NCBI GenBank assembly: GCA_964510775.1
Contig: CAZEBZ010000004.1
Coordinates: 1 to 60,615 of the forward strand
DNA: 60,615 nt
Direction: 5' to 3'
DNA from: an uncultured Thermodesulfobacteriota bacterium
GTDB lineage: Bacteria > Desulfobacterota > GWC2-55-46 > JADFVP01
The position numbers and the translations under genes are program-made. The notes beneath the pieces are model-generated. The model did no database searches. It saw nothing but the letters and a program-made list of their open reading frames with translations, and was not told where the DNA came from. Positions 38,832 through 47,838 of the stretch are shown piece by piece. Positions within the stretch are counted from its first letter, which is position 1, and every line of letters starts with the position of its first letter.

Positions 38832-39920
38832 ATGGAGGTTAATCTTAATATGCTGACTAATTGTATTACAGCTGAGAAGAAGAGGGTAGGCTCTGATAAG
38901 GAGATAGATTTAAAGAGAAGAGACGAGCTCGTGGCTATCGCCGAGGCGAAATTAAGTGAAGGGTTCGAGTCCTATCACTGGAAGGCCGATATCCACGGTA
39001 TCAGCATCGAGTTAAAGACTAATTCTTATCATCTAAACGATTTTTGGGTTGAGAACTGGTACCCCGCCTCAGGCGGTTGCGGCGCTCTGCCTCATGGCAG
39101 ACTCTATGCTGTTATGGGCGTAGAGGGTGAGGAACCGTGCGCTTATTATCATCACGACACAAAGACGGCTATTTTTATCAATACAGAGTACTACGGTCAG
39201 TGCAAGTCATGGGCCCTCGGTATAGCCGCTGATTTGCTTGAGACTCAGCACGACGTGCACTCTATACACGGCTCATGTGCCGTTGTTGGCGGTAAGGGCG
39301 TTGTAATCATAGCCCCTACGGGTACGGGGAAGAGTACCCATACGTGGGGGCTTATGCAGCTGCCAGATGGTCTTGTACACTCAGACGACTGGATATTCGT
39401 GCGCTACGGGAGTTGCGGAGCGAGGGCATATATATCGGAGCGCAAGTATTATCTTCGGACAGATATGGTCGATAGTTTTCCTGAGCTTACTGCAATACTC
39501 GGTAGGTGCAAGTGTGAGAACGTCGAGGATGATGACTTTACCTCCTTTGGCAATTCGCGCGCCATACTTGACCCTGAGTGGATAGGGGGAGCGGGCAAAT
39601 TTGTCACCGAGGCAGATGTACACGCCGTTATACTGCTTCGCCGTGATAAGGAGTCTCCCGCCGAGGTGAAGCTAAGCTCCGAGGAGGCCGTTGAGGTACT
39701 TGAGGAAGGCCGGTATCAGGTCTTATCAGGGGCCGGCGCAAACGTAGGGGACTTTAGCTACGAGTCTTTTTACAACCCCTATCTCCTTGTGAAACGGCCG
39801 GAGCTGCAGAAGGCCTTTTTTGGCCGTCTCTTTAGTACGGCGAGCTGTCATATACTAAATACAGGTGTTGAGGGCGTGCAGGAGACTCAGGCCCGAATAC
39901 GCAGAATTATACAGGATTAA
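38832..39920 (+). CDS. HprK-like / PEPCK-fold P-loop kinase family protein
   Basis: IHGSCAVVGGKGVVIIAPTGTGKSTHTWGLMQLPDGLVHSDDWIFV parallels the HPr-kinase catalytic core (hG..v...G.GVLi.G.SG.GKS......L......LvaDD). The start could instead be ATG 38850 (GGAGG 11 nt upstream). Confidence 0.5.
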   Translation: MEVNLNMLTNCITAEKKRVGSDKEIDLKRRDELVAIAEAKLSEGFESYHWKADIHGISIELKTNSYHLNDFWVENWYPASGGCGALPHGRLYAVMGVEGEEPCAYYHHDTKTAIFINTEYYGQCKSWALGIAADLLETQHDVHSIHGSCAVVGGKGVVIIAPTGTGKSTHTWGLMQLPDGLVHSDDWIFVRYGSCGARAYISERKYYLRTDMVDSFPELTAILGRCKCENVEDDDFTSFGNSRAILDPEWIGGAGKFVTEADVHAVILLRRDKESPAEVKLSSEEAVEVLEEGRYQVLSGAGANVGDFSYESFYNPYLLVKRPELQKAFFGRLFSTASCHILNTGVEGVQETQARIRRIIQD

Positions 39921-40006
39921 GAGTTTTTAAAGTCTCTTTCCGAACCTCCCTGTCTTGTGGGGTGATACGAGAGGAGCTTTTTTTTAAAAAATGGAGACGT
40001 ACTCTC

Positions 40007-41989
40007 ATGGCCCGTGATGTACCTGTTGGCAACGGTCGGCTCCTCGTTACCTTTGACAGGGATTATCAGCTTCGAGACTTCTACTATCCCCATGTAGGTC
40101 AGGAGAACCATACGGGCACGGATCCATTCAGGCTGGGAGTCTGGGTGAACGGGGCCTTTAGCTGGATACCTGACGACTGGGAGGTCTCTCTTGACTACCT
40201 TGACGATACAATGGTCACGAATGTTAGGCTTGAGAACAAAGCTCTCGGTATTATCATAAAGTTTAATGATATAGTGGACTTTCATGAGAATATTTTTCTT
40301 AGAAAACTTACCATTACCAATACCTCTCAGACAACTGCTGACGTAAGAGTCTTTTTTGCTCACGACTTTCATATCTACGGCAACGCAGTAGGCGATACGG
40401 CTGTCTTTCGGCCGGAATCCGGCTCCGTAGTCCATTATAAGGACAAGCGGTATTTTCTCATTAATATCTTCTCTGATGACATCTTTGGTGTCAGGCATTT
40501 TGCAACAGGTAAGAAAGGGTACAGACGTCATAAGGGCACATGGAAGGACGCAGAAGACGGTGAGCTTAGCGGCAACCCTATTTCCCAGGGTAGTGTTGAC
40601 TCAGTAGTCTCTATTCACAAGAGCCTCGGAGCGGGGAAAAGCAGCTCGGCCTTTTACTGGATATGCGCCGGCATGAGCCTTGGCGAGGTGACGGCACTTA
40701 ATACAAAGGTCATGGCCAAGACACCGGAGCGTATCCTACAGCGCACCTCTGATTACTGGAAGCTATGGGCGAGTAAGGAGAACCTTAATTTCGGTCTCTT
40801 ACCTGACGAGGTATCTTCCCTCTATCGCAGAAGTCTTCTTCTCATGCGCACGCAGATAGATGACAACGGCAGTATAATCGCTGCTAACGACTCTGATAAC
40901 CTGGCCTTTAACGGTGATACTTACAGCTATATGTGGCCCCGTGACGGCGCTCTCTGCGCCTACGCCCTTGATCTCGCAGGTTATCCTGAGATTTCAAGGC
41001 GTTTCTTTGCTTTAGCCGCTAAGCTTATAGAAAAAGAGGGTTTTTTCCTGCATAAATATAACCCCTCAGGAACTCCCGCGAGCTCATGGCATCCCTGGAT
41101 ACTTAAGGGCGAGGCGCAGCTGCCCATTCAGGAAGACGAGACGGCCCTTGTGCTATGGGCCCTGTGGTTTCATTACGAGAAGTATAAGGATATTGAGTTT
41201 ATAAAACCCCTTTACAGGTCTCTTATAAAAAGAGCCGCTGATATGATGATGTCCTTTCGTGACGACCTTACCGGGCTTCCCCTTCCGAGTTATGATCTAT
41301 GGGAGGAGTCTCACGGCATACATACCTTTACCGTATCTGCTGTTTACGGAGGCCTTATGGCCGCCTCCGCCTTTACACGCGCCTTTGGTGAAGTTGCTAA
41401 GGCAGATGAGTATGAGAAGGCGGCGTCGCGCATGAGACAGGCTATGGGTAAGTACCTCTATCTTCACGACGAGGGGCGCTTTGCGAGGATGATTAGAATG
41501 CGGGGCGGTAAGGTTACCTCTGTAGATAATACTATTGACGCGAGCCTCTTTGGTACTTTTGCCTTCGGGGCTTATGAACCTGGTGATAATATGGTTGCAG
41601 GCACCATGAGTCAGGTTTATGATAAGCTTCACCTGAAGACGCCATCGGGCGGTCTCGCCCGTTATGAGAATGACGGATATTACCGCGGCAGCGACGCTGT
41701 TACAGGTAATGCCTGGTTTATAACAACACTCTGGACGGCATGGTATTATGTGGACGCGGCAAGTGATAAGGCGGGCCTCGATAAGGCCCTTGATGTATTA
41801 AAGTGGACGGCAAAGAGGGCGCTTCCAAGCGGTGTATTATCAGAGCAGATAAACCCCTATACTAACGAGCCCCTCTCTGTATCGCCCCTTACGTGGAGTC
41901 ACGCTACCTTTGTTACAGTGGTTCATAAGTATCTGCAGAGATTTTTGGAGATGGAAAAGTGCAAGACCTGCGGCCGCTCTATTCTCTAA
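40007..41989 (+). CDS. Glycoside hydrolase family 15 (glucoamylase/glucodextranase/trehalase-like)
   Basis: The N-terminus MARDVPVGNGRLLVTFDRDYQLRDFYYPHVGQENH and the (alpha/alpha)6 region (YMWPRDGA, LWEE, NAWFITTLW) are typical of bacterial/archaeal GH15. GGAG lies 10 nt upstream of ATG 40007. Confidence 0.8.
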   Translation: MARDVPVGNGRLLVTFDRDYQLRDFYYPHVGQENHTGTDPFRLGVWVNGAFSWIPDDWEVSLDYLDDTMVTNVRLENKALGIIIKFNDIVDFHENIFLRKLTITNTSQTTADVRVFFAHDFHIYGNAVGDTAVFRPESGSVVHYKDKRYFLINIFSDDIFGVRHFATGKKGYRRHKGTWKDAEDGELSGNPISQGSVDSVVSIHKSLGAGKSSSAFYWICAGMSLGEVTALNTKVMAKTPERILQRTSDYWKLWASKENLNFGLLPDEVSSLYRRSLLLMRTQIDDNGSIIAANDSDNLAFNGDTYSYMWPRDGALCAYALDLAGYPEISRRFFALAAKLIEKEGFFLHKYNPSGTPASSWHPWILKGEAQLPIQEDETALVLWALWFHYEKYKDIEFIKPLYRSLIKRAADMMMSFRDDLTGLPLPSYDLWEESHGIHTFTVSAVYGGLMAASAFTRAFGEVAKADEYEKAASRMRQAMGKYLYLHDEGRFARMIRMRGGKVTSVDNTIDASLFGTFAFGAYEPGDNMVAGTMSQVYDKLHLKTPSGGLARYENDGYYRGSDAVTGNAWFITTLWTAWYYVDAASDKAGLDKALDVLKWTAKRALPSGVLSEQINPYTNEPLSVSPLTWSHATFVTVVHKYLQRFLEMEKCKTCGRSIL

Positions 41990-42086
41990 TAAAATAAGAG
42001 AGACAGGACTTCCTGCAGAAGTGTCTTCATATTCACGAGAGATCTTATACCTCCTCTGACGCTACTTAATCACAGGGAAAAAAAGC

Positions 42087-43883
42087 ATGTTTAGTCTCGA
42101 AGATATCTATAAGGCCGGTTTTGCCCTCGGTCTGTTGAGCATACTGCTCTTTTTTCTCGGCCACCTCGGACTCATTTCTCCATTGTATATCGCCGCCGCC
42201 CTCGCCGCCGCTCTCGTTTTTTTCATCTTTTTCATCCGCCGCCGGAGCGCCGCAGACTCTTCAGGCGCTCTCTCTCTGCCATATTCCTCACTTGACATAA
42301 TGCTCGCGGCCCTTACGGTCTTGCTCATTATTGTTCTCATGGCCCTGGCCCTCCTGCCGCCTACTGTAAGGGACGAGCTTATCCAGCATCTCGCTCTGCC
42401 TAAACTGTATCTTGCAAGGGGACGCATTTACGAGATACCCTTCATGGGGTTCTCGTACCTTCCCCTGAATATCGATATGCTTTACATGATACCTCTCGCC
42501 TTTGGCAGCGATATCGCTCCGAGACTCATCCATCTGGGCTTTGCCGTGCTTACAGGCCTGCTCGTATACTTCTACCTCTTGCCTGGCTCCGGGCGTACCT
42601 ACGCACTGCTTGGACTCTTATTGTACCTCGCCACCCCTCTTGTGGCCAACCTCTCGCGTATGGCTTACATCGATCTTGGGAGTACTTTTTTTACTACACT
42701 CGCTCTCTTCGCTGCTCTCAAGTGGCGAGATGAGGGCTTTGATACACGGTGGCTCCTCTACTCCGCCGTCTCCATGGGGCTCGCTCTCGGCTCCAAGTAT
42801 AACGCCCTATTAAGCTGCTTTCTCATCACCATGTTCATCCTCTACGTTTACTCGAAGGAGAGGAGGGACTCCGTTGGGGCTATAAAGGCCGCTTTTATTT
42901 TCTCGGCGATTGCCATTTTAATCTTTTCTCCCTGGCTTGTAAGAAACTATATCTGGTGCGGCAACCCTTTCTATCCGCTGTGGGGCAGCGCCATGCACTC
43001 CATTGCAGCGGGGCAGGGGGTTCATATAAACGGCGCCATGTCTCCGCTGGCAAAGCGCATTGTCCTCTACAGGGAGGGGGCCTTTGACCTTCTGCTCCTG
43101 CCGCTTCGTATCTTCTGGGAGGGTAAAGACAACTCCATCCAATGGTTTGACGGTGTTCTGAACCCTCTTTACCTCGCCTTTATCCCTCTTGCCTTCTTTA
43201 GAAGAAGAGAGAGGGACGGGAGTATAAGGTTTCTTGCCCTTTTCTCGATCCTCTTTTTTGTATTAGCCTTTTTTGCCGTTGACCTTGTGACAAGGTACTT
43301 GCTTCCCATACTCCCGATTATTGTTATTCTCGTGGTTCTGGGTTTCAGGAATCTGCGCGCTCTGCCAAAACTCGCCGGCGTTGCTCTCCTGCTTATGGCG
43401 GCCCTTGTTGTCTTTGATGCTGTTTATATAACGGGGTTATACAAGAGATATACCCCATTGGCATATCTTGGCGGCGCGGAGACCAGAGAGCAATACCTCG
43501 AGAAGAGGCTCCCCGATTATAAGACTTTAAGGTACGCGAACAGGACATTACCCTCAGATGCCCTGGTTATGTTTCTATTTACAGGCGACAGGGGGTATTA
43601 CTGGGAGAGGGATTATTACTACAGCGGCAGGGAAGGGGGGCTGCTCAGGCATTTTATCAAGACCTCATCAAGGGGCGGGGATCTTCTTGAAAAGTTTATA
43701 ACTACGGGCTCCACACACCTCTTTATCCATGAGAGACTCCTGGAGAAGTTCATTAACGATAACTTCAGTGAGATGGAAAAAAAGGTCGTAGTGGATTTTT
43801 TCAACCACCATACCACACGTCTCTTCTCAGCAAATGGCTTCGCTCTATACGCCCTGAAAGAATCCCCAAGGCAGGGCCCTTAA
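42087..43883 (+). CDS. GT-C-fold membrane glycosyltransferase-like protein (ArnT/PMT-type)
   Basis: 598 aa with ~11-12 TM segments. A DE motif sits in the first extracytoplasmic loop (PPTVRDELIQHLALPKLY), followed by a C-terminal soluble domain. Confidence 0.55.
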   Translation: MFSLEDIYKAGFALGLLSILLFFLGHLGLISPLYIAAALAAALVFFIFFIRRRSAADSSGALSLPYSSLDIMLAALTVLLIIVLMALALLPPTVRDELIQHLALPKLYLARGRIYEIPFMGFSYLPLNIDMLYMIPLAFGSDIAPRLIHLGFAVLTGLLVYFYLLPGSGRTYALLGLLLYLATPLVANLSRMAYIDLGSTFFTTLALFAALKWRDEGFDTRWLLYSAVSMGLALGSKYNALLSCFLITMFILYVYSKERRDSVGAIKAAFIFSAIAILIFSPWLVRNYIWCGNPFYPLWGSAMHSIAAGQGVHINGAMSPLAKRIVLYREGAFDLLLLPLRIFWEGKDNSIQWFDGVLNPLYLAFIPLAFFRRRERDGSIRFLALFSILFFVLAFFAVDLVTRYLLPILPIIVILVVLGFRNLRALPKLAGVALLLMAALVVFDAVYITGLYKRYTPLAYLGGAETREQYLEKRLPDYKTLRYANRTLPSDALVMFLFTGDRGYYWERDYYYSGREGGLLRHFIKTSSRGGDLLEKFITTGSTHLFIHERLLEKFINDNFSEMEKKVVVDFFNHHTTRLFSANGFALYALKESPRQGP

Positions 43884-44257
43884 AGCGGGGGCAGCTGGTA
43901 AGGCCGCTTGGAGTATATCAAAGAGGTATAGTCTCTCTCAGGTGACAGAGTGCAGGCCTTGATTCATGTAAAAGCTGCTCTTATGAGTGGAAGATTGGCC
44001 CCCTTTTATTATATAAAGGCTTGCTTTTGACCCTTGTATCTGATTAACTTGGAAGGGTTTAATGAGCGGCGAAGTTGTAAAAAAGCAGGGCCTTTTCACG
44101 TCTATTTCTGACGGGTTTGGAGACGCTTTTGATGATTAAGATTATGGAAAACAGGTGTATTTACATCGCAAGTACAACCCTCGGGATACTTAAAAGAGTC
44201 CTTGGCACCTACGGCAGAAGGGAGGCAGGCCTCGGTATAAGGGGCTAACCTATTGAA

Positions 44258-47200
44258 ATGACTGCATCCACCAGCGAAAATAATACAGGTATTAAGAACC
44301 ATGTCCTTGTATTTATCATCTACGCCCTGCTCATAGCGGCCTTTTATTCTCCTGTTTTTTTTAGCGGTAAGAGCCTTGTACCCTCTCTCTATCAGCCTCA
44401 CGGTGTAACGTCAAGAGGCGTCTATGGTGAGAAGGGCCGTACACCTCTTAATACTTTTAATGTAGACATGGCAACACCTGTATACTACGAGGCGCCAGTT
44501 AATAAACTCGTAGGAGATATGTACAGGGAGGGTAAGGTGCCCCTCTGGAACCCTTATCAGGGCGGAGGTACGCCCCTTGCGGCGCAGTACTCCACGCGTG
44601 TTTTTTTCCCATACCAGATAGCCGAGGACCTGAGTCCGGAATGGACGTGGGATTATTTTTTACTGGGCAGGCTCCTTATTGCGGGTTTTTTCACTTATTT
44701 ATTCATAAGCTCCCTTTGCGGCGGCACATCATTTAGCGCCTTTGCCGGAGGGCTTTTTTATATGTTCTCCGGCGTCTTTACGTGGTTTATCAGCCTCGAA
44801 CAGCTTACCAATACCGCCATGACCCTTCCTGTGCTCCTGCTCTCCGTGGAGCTCCTCGCAAGGGGTGCGCCCGGGGCTCGTTGGGTGAGGGTGAAGATAG
44901 TCTTTGCCGCGATTGCCGTTGCCCTTACGCTTCTTGCCGGGCAGCCCGAGACGGCTCTTTATTGTCTGGCTCTGGCGGCTCTATACTATATCTTCAGGAC
45001 AGTAACGACTAAGGGCATAGCAGGAGGCATTAAGACAGTACCCCGTATTATTATCGCCTTTATAACGGGCCTTGCCATGAGCGCGCCCCTTATTATCTTA
45101 TTTGTCGAGCTTGTAAGAGGGGGCTCATATATAGGCCGCGCCGGCGGTGCAGCAGATACGGAGAGACTCCTTGACTGGCACGCACTCTTTAACGTCTTAA
45201 CGCCGACGCTCTCGTACTTTCCCCTAAACCCTCATACCATCAAGGGGTCAAGCCACCTCGCCAAGGCGGCTGGGAGCTACTTTACCTTTCTCCCTATTAA
45301 CGGCCTATGGGACAACCTCGGCGGTTACACAGGTGTTCTTCCTCTATTTCTCATACTCTCGGGGATCTTTATAAGCCCCCTTAGAAAAAAACTGCCCCAG
45401 AGGGCGAATTTTTTCTTTTTTATTTTTGTCGCCGCATTCTTGCTCCTTAAGAACACGGGTATCTGGCCATTTATCCTGCTGGATAAAGCGCCGGTATTTG
45501 ATATGTTATGGAACCTTCGCTGGGCGGGGCCTCTATGGGTATTCTCCATAGCAGTGGCCGCTGCGCTTGGTCTGCAGCTTATTGAGGTCTATCTTACTTC
45601 TTCTGGTGATGACGAGGGGGCGCGTGAGAAAAAGACATTTTTCCTGCCAACTGGCGTGCCCTTTATCCTCGCCGCAGGTATTATCGCCGTCTTATATGTA
45701 ATTTATTCATTCCTACCCTCTCTTAGTATATTCTTTCACAGGGGCGATGTCTTTAATGACGCCATGCGCCCCTTTGTCTTCCCCTCAATTATCTCAGGCT
45801 CCCTTGTTACCCTTATCACCCTCGGCGCTGCTTTCTCTCTTACTTATTTTTTTAAGGATGAGAAGAAGAACATATACGCCCTCTTAATACTTGCCGTTGT
45901 AGAGCTCTGGTGGTCTGTGCCGAGGGGTTATGCCGTTGAGACCCTTACCATGAAGTGGGTTCCTCTTGGTGTAGGGCTCCTTGCCGTCTCCTTCTTATTC
46001 AGGAATAAGATTATTTTTACTCTTCTTGCCCTTATTGTCTTTTTCGGCTCTGCTTTTTTTATGGATACTATCGCCCCCAATGGTCTTCCACCAAGGGACG
46101 AGCCATTTAGGAGCGCGCCTTATGTATCGGCTATCTTAAAGGACTCCGCCGGCGGCAGACCGCGTGTAGCCGGGGCCTACGGCTCGTTATTTCCAAATTA
46201 CGCAAGCGCTATCAGACTTGATGATGTGAGATATGCAAATTCCGTAACATCGGAGCAGATGCAGTCCTTTCGTGAAAAATATCTTCAGAGCCAGACCTCC
46301 GACGAGGTAAAGGAGATGGGGCTATGGTTCAGCGGTAGGCCTGAGAGTGTAGTAGATGTCAATCTCAAGAGCGCGCCTGAAGAGGATTTTATAGAGAGAG
46401 AGAGGGGCTACTCCATGCTTGGCGTTGGGTACCTTATCTTTCCCGCTAATTGGAGTTATGGACTTGACGAGACAGGGAAGTCTAATCTTTTTGAGGAAAA
46501 GTTTCCCCTCTTATACGCCGCAGGTGACGCAAAAGTCTTTAAGAACCCTAATGCGCTTCCAAGGGTATACCTTGCGGCCTCGGCAATTAAGGCGGATTCC
46601 TGGGAGGAGGCGCAGAAGATATTTATGGAGGGGGATTTTAATCCCGCACATACAATCGTCGTAGAGGAGGATGTTCATTTAAGTTCTCCCGCCGTAGTAA
46701 GGGGAGAAGACCTTAAGGCCGCCGAGCCTGCGGTGAGTGAGTTAAGGGCTGAGGATAATGCCGGTAATAAAGTATTGGAAGTTAAGCCCCCTGAGGTTAA
46801 AGGCGATAAGGTAAAGGCTCTGAAAGAAAAGGCCTCAGTAGTTAAAGGTAAAGAAGTTAAGACTGGTGAAGAAAAGGCAGCTGAGGTTAAGGAAGTTACA
46901 CTTCCCGTCGACAAAGTCGAGGGGGCGAACCTCCCTGTGCTAAAGGCTGATAAGGTTAAGACCTCGGAGTTAAAGAGCCCTGTACTTACAACTCAAGAGG
47001 CTGCGCCTGAAAATCCTACAGTACCTGAGGGTCTCTCTCATGATGCAAAAGGGCAGACGCCAGAGGTAAGAGCAGGTGCTGCGGCGGAGATAAAGGCTTC
47101 TACGGCAGAGCCTGCCAACCCTGAGATTAAGGCCCCTGATGTTAAGGCCCCTGAGGTTAAGTCCGATGAGGTAAAAACCCCACCAGTTATAGTTGATGAA

Positions 47201-47635
47201 AAAAGGGCCTCGAAGACAAAAGTGAGTGTGGACGAGGGCGCTGAGGTTACATCGGCAGGAGAGCAAAAGGCCTCTGATGTTACGAAAGAGGCGGCCGTAG
47301 AGCCCGCCGCAGTACCCACGCTGGCTCCGCTGAAAAATGGAGCGCGGATTAGTGAGTACAGCGAGAATCGTGTGGCAGTGGATGTTAAATCAGAGAGAGA
47401 TACAGTCTTGGTCCTCGGCGATATTTTTTACCCTGGTTGGAGGGTGCGTGTAAACGGAGAGAAGGGTCGCATAATCCGTGTTAACGGTCTTCTTCGAGGT
47501 GTGCCTCTTAAGGCCGGCAGCAGTAGTGTTGTCTTTACTTATTTTCCTCTTAACTTCATGATAGGTCTTCTTCTATTAGTTATTTCAGGTATCTTCTGTA
47601 TCTTCTTAATTTACAAAGAGGTTAAAGGAGACTGA
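44258..47635 (+). CDS. YfhO-like GT-C-type polytopic membrane protein with a ~200-aa low-complexity insert
   Basis: 1125 aa with many TM helices. The C-terminal block ISEYSENRVAVDVKSERDTVLVLGDIFYPGWRVRVNGEKGRIIRVNGLLRGVPLKAGSSSVVFTYFP plus a terminal TM is the usual YfhO ending. Confidence 0.6.
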   Translation: MTASTSENNTGIKNHVLVFIIYALLIAAFYSPVFFSGKSLVPSLYQPHGVTSRGVYGEKGRTPLNTFNVDMATPVYYEAPVNKLVGDMYREGKVPLWNPYQGGGTPLAAQYSTRVFFPYQIAEDLSPEWTWDYFLLGRLLIAGFFTYLFISSLCGGTSFSAFAGGLFYMFSGVFTWFISLEQLTNTAMTLPVLLLSVELLARGAPGARWVRVKIVFAAIAVALTLLAGQPETALYCLALAALYYIFRTVTTKGIAGGIKTVPRIIIAFITGLAMSAPLIILFVELVRGGSYIGRAGGAADTERLLDWHALFNVLTPTLSYFPLNPHTIKGSSHLAKAAGSYFTFLPINGLWDNLGGYTGVLPLFLILSGIFISPLRKKLPQRANFFFFIFVAAFLLLKNTGIWPFILLDKAPVFDMLWNLRWAGPLWVFSIAVAAALGLQLIEVYLTSSGDDEGAREKKTFFLPTGVPFILAAGIIAVLYVIYSFLPSLSIFFHRGDVFNDAMRPFVFPSIISGSLVTLITLGAAFSLTYFFKDEKKNIYALLILAVVELWWSVPRGYAVETLTMKWVPLGVGLLAVSFLFRNKIIFTLLALIVFFGSAFFMDTIAPNGLPPRDEPFRSAPYVSAILKDSAGGRPRVAGAYGSLFPNYASAIRLDDVRYANSVTSEQMQSFREKYLQSQTSDEVKEMGLWFSGRPESVVDVNLKSAPEEDFIERERGYSMLGVGYLIFPANWSYGLDETGKSNLFEEKFPLLYAAGDAKVFKNPNALPRVYLAASAIKADSWEEAQKIFMEGDFNPAHTIVVEEDVHLSSPAVVRGEDLKAAEPAVSELRAEDNAGNKVLEVKPPEVKGDKVKALKEKASVVKGKEVKTGEEKAAEVKEVTLPVDKVEGANLPVLKADKVKTSELKSPVLTTQEAAPENPTVPEGLSHDAKGQTPEVRAGAAAEIKASTAEPANPEIKAPDVKAPEVKSDEVKTPPVIVDEKRASKTKVSVDEGAEVTSAGEQKASDVTKEAAVEPAAVPTLAPLKNGARISEYSENRVAVDVKSERDTVLVLGDIFYPGWRVRVNGEKGRIIRVNGLLRGVPLKAGSSSVVFTYFPLNFMIGLLLLVISGIFCIFLIYKEVKGD

Positions 47636-47779
47636 TTTGTTTAACAAAAACGTCTTTGTGGTCTTTTTTTTACGAGTATGGCGGCCCTTATGCTGGAGAT
47701 TCTCTTAACAAGGGTCTTTAGTGTGGCAACGTGGTACTACTTGCTTTTTTAGTACTTTTTTATTTTTTATAAATTATAT

Positions 47780-47816
47780 GGGGCCGTTGGCTTTTTGCCA
47801 GCGGCCCCTATTTTTT
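47780..47816 (+). terminator. Rho-independent terminator between convergent genes
   Basis: 12-bp stem GGGGCCGTTGGC / GCCAGCGGCCCC (one G-U pair), TTTTT loop, followed by TATTTTTT. Confidence 0.75.
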
Positions 47817-47838
47817 AAGTTAGATTCTATTGGACGCC

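Noticed and set aside
39917-40531. 204-aa minus-strand ORF overlapping the 5' end of the GH15 gene.
   Set aside because: The + strand GH15 N-terminus (MARDVPVGNGRLLVTFDRDYQLRDFYYPHVGQENH) is a textbook family match with a good RBS. The minus ORF has no motifs.
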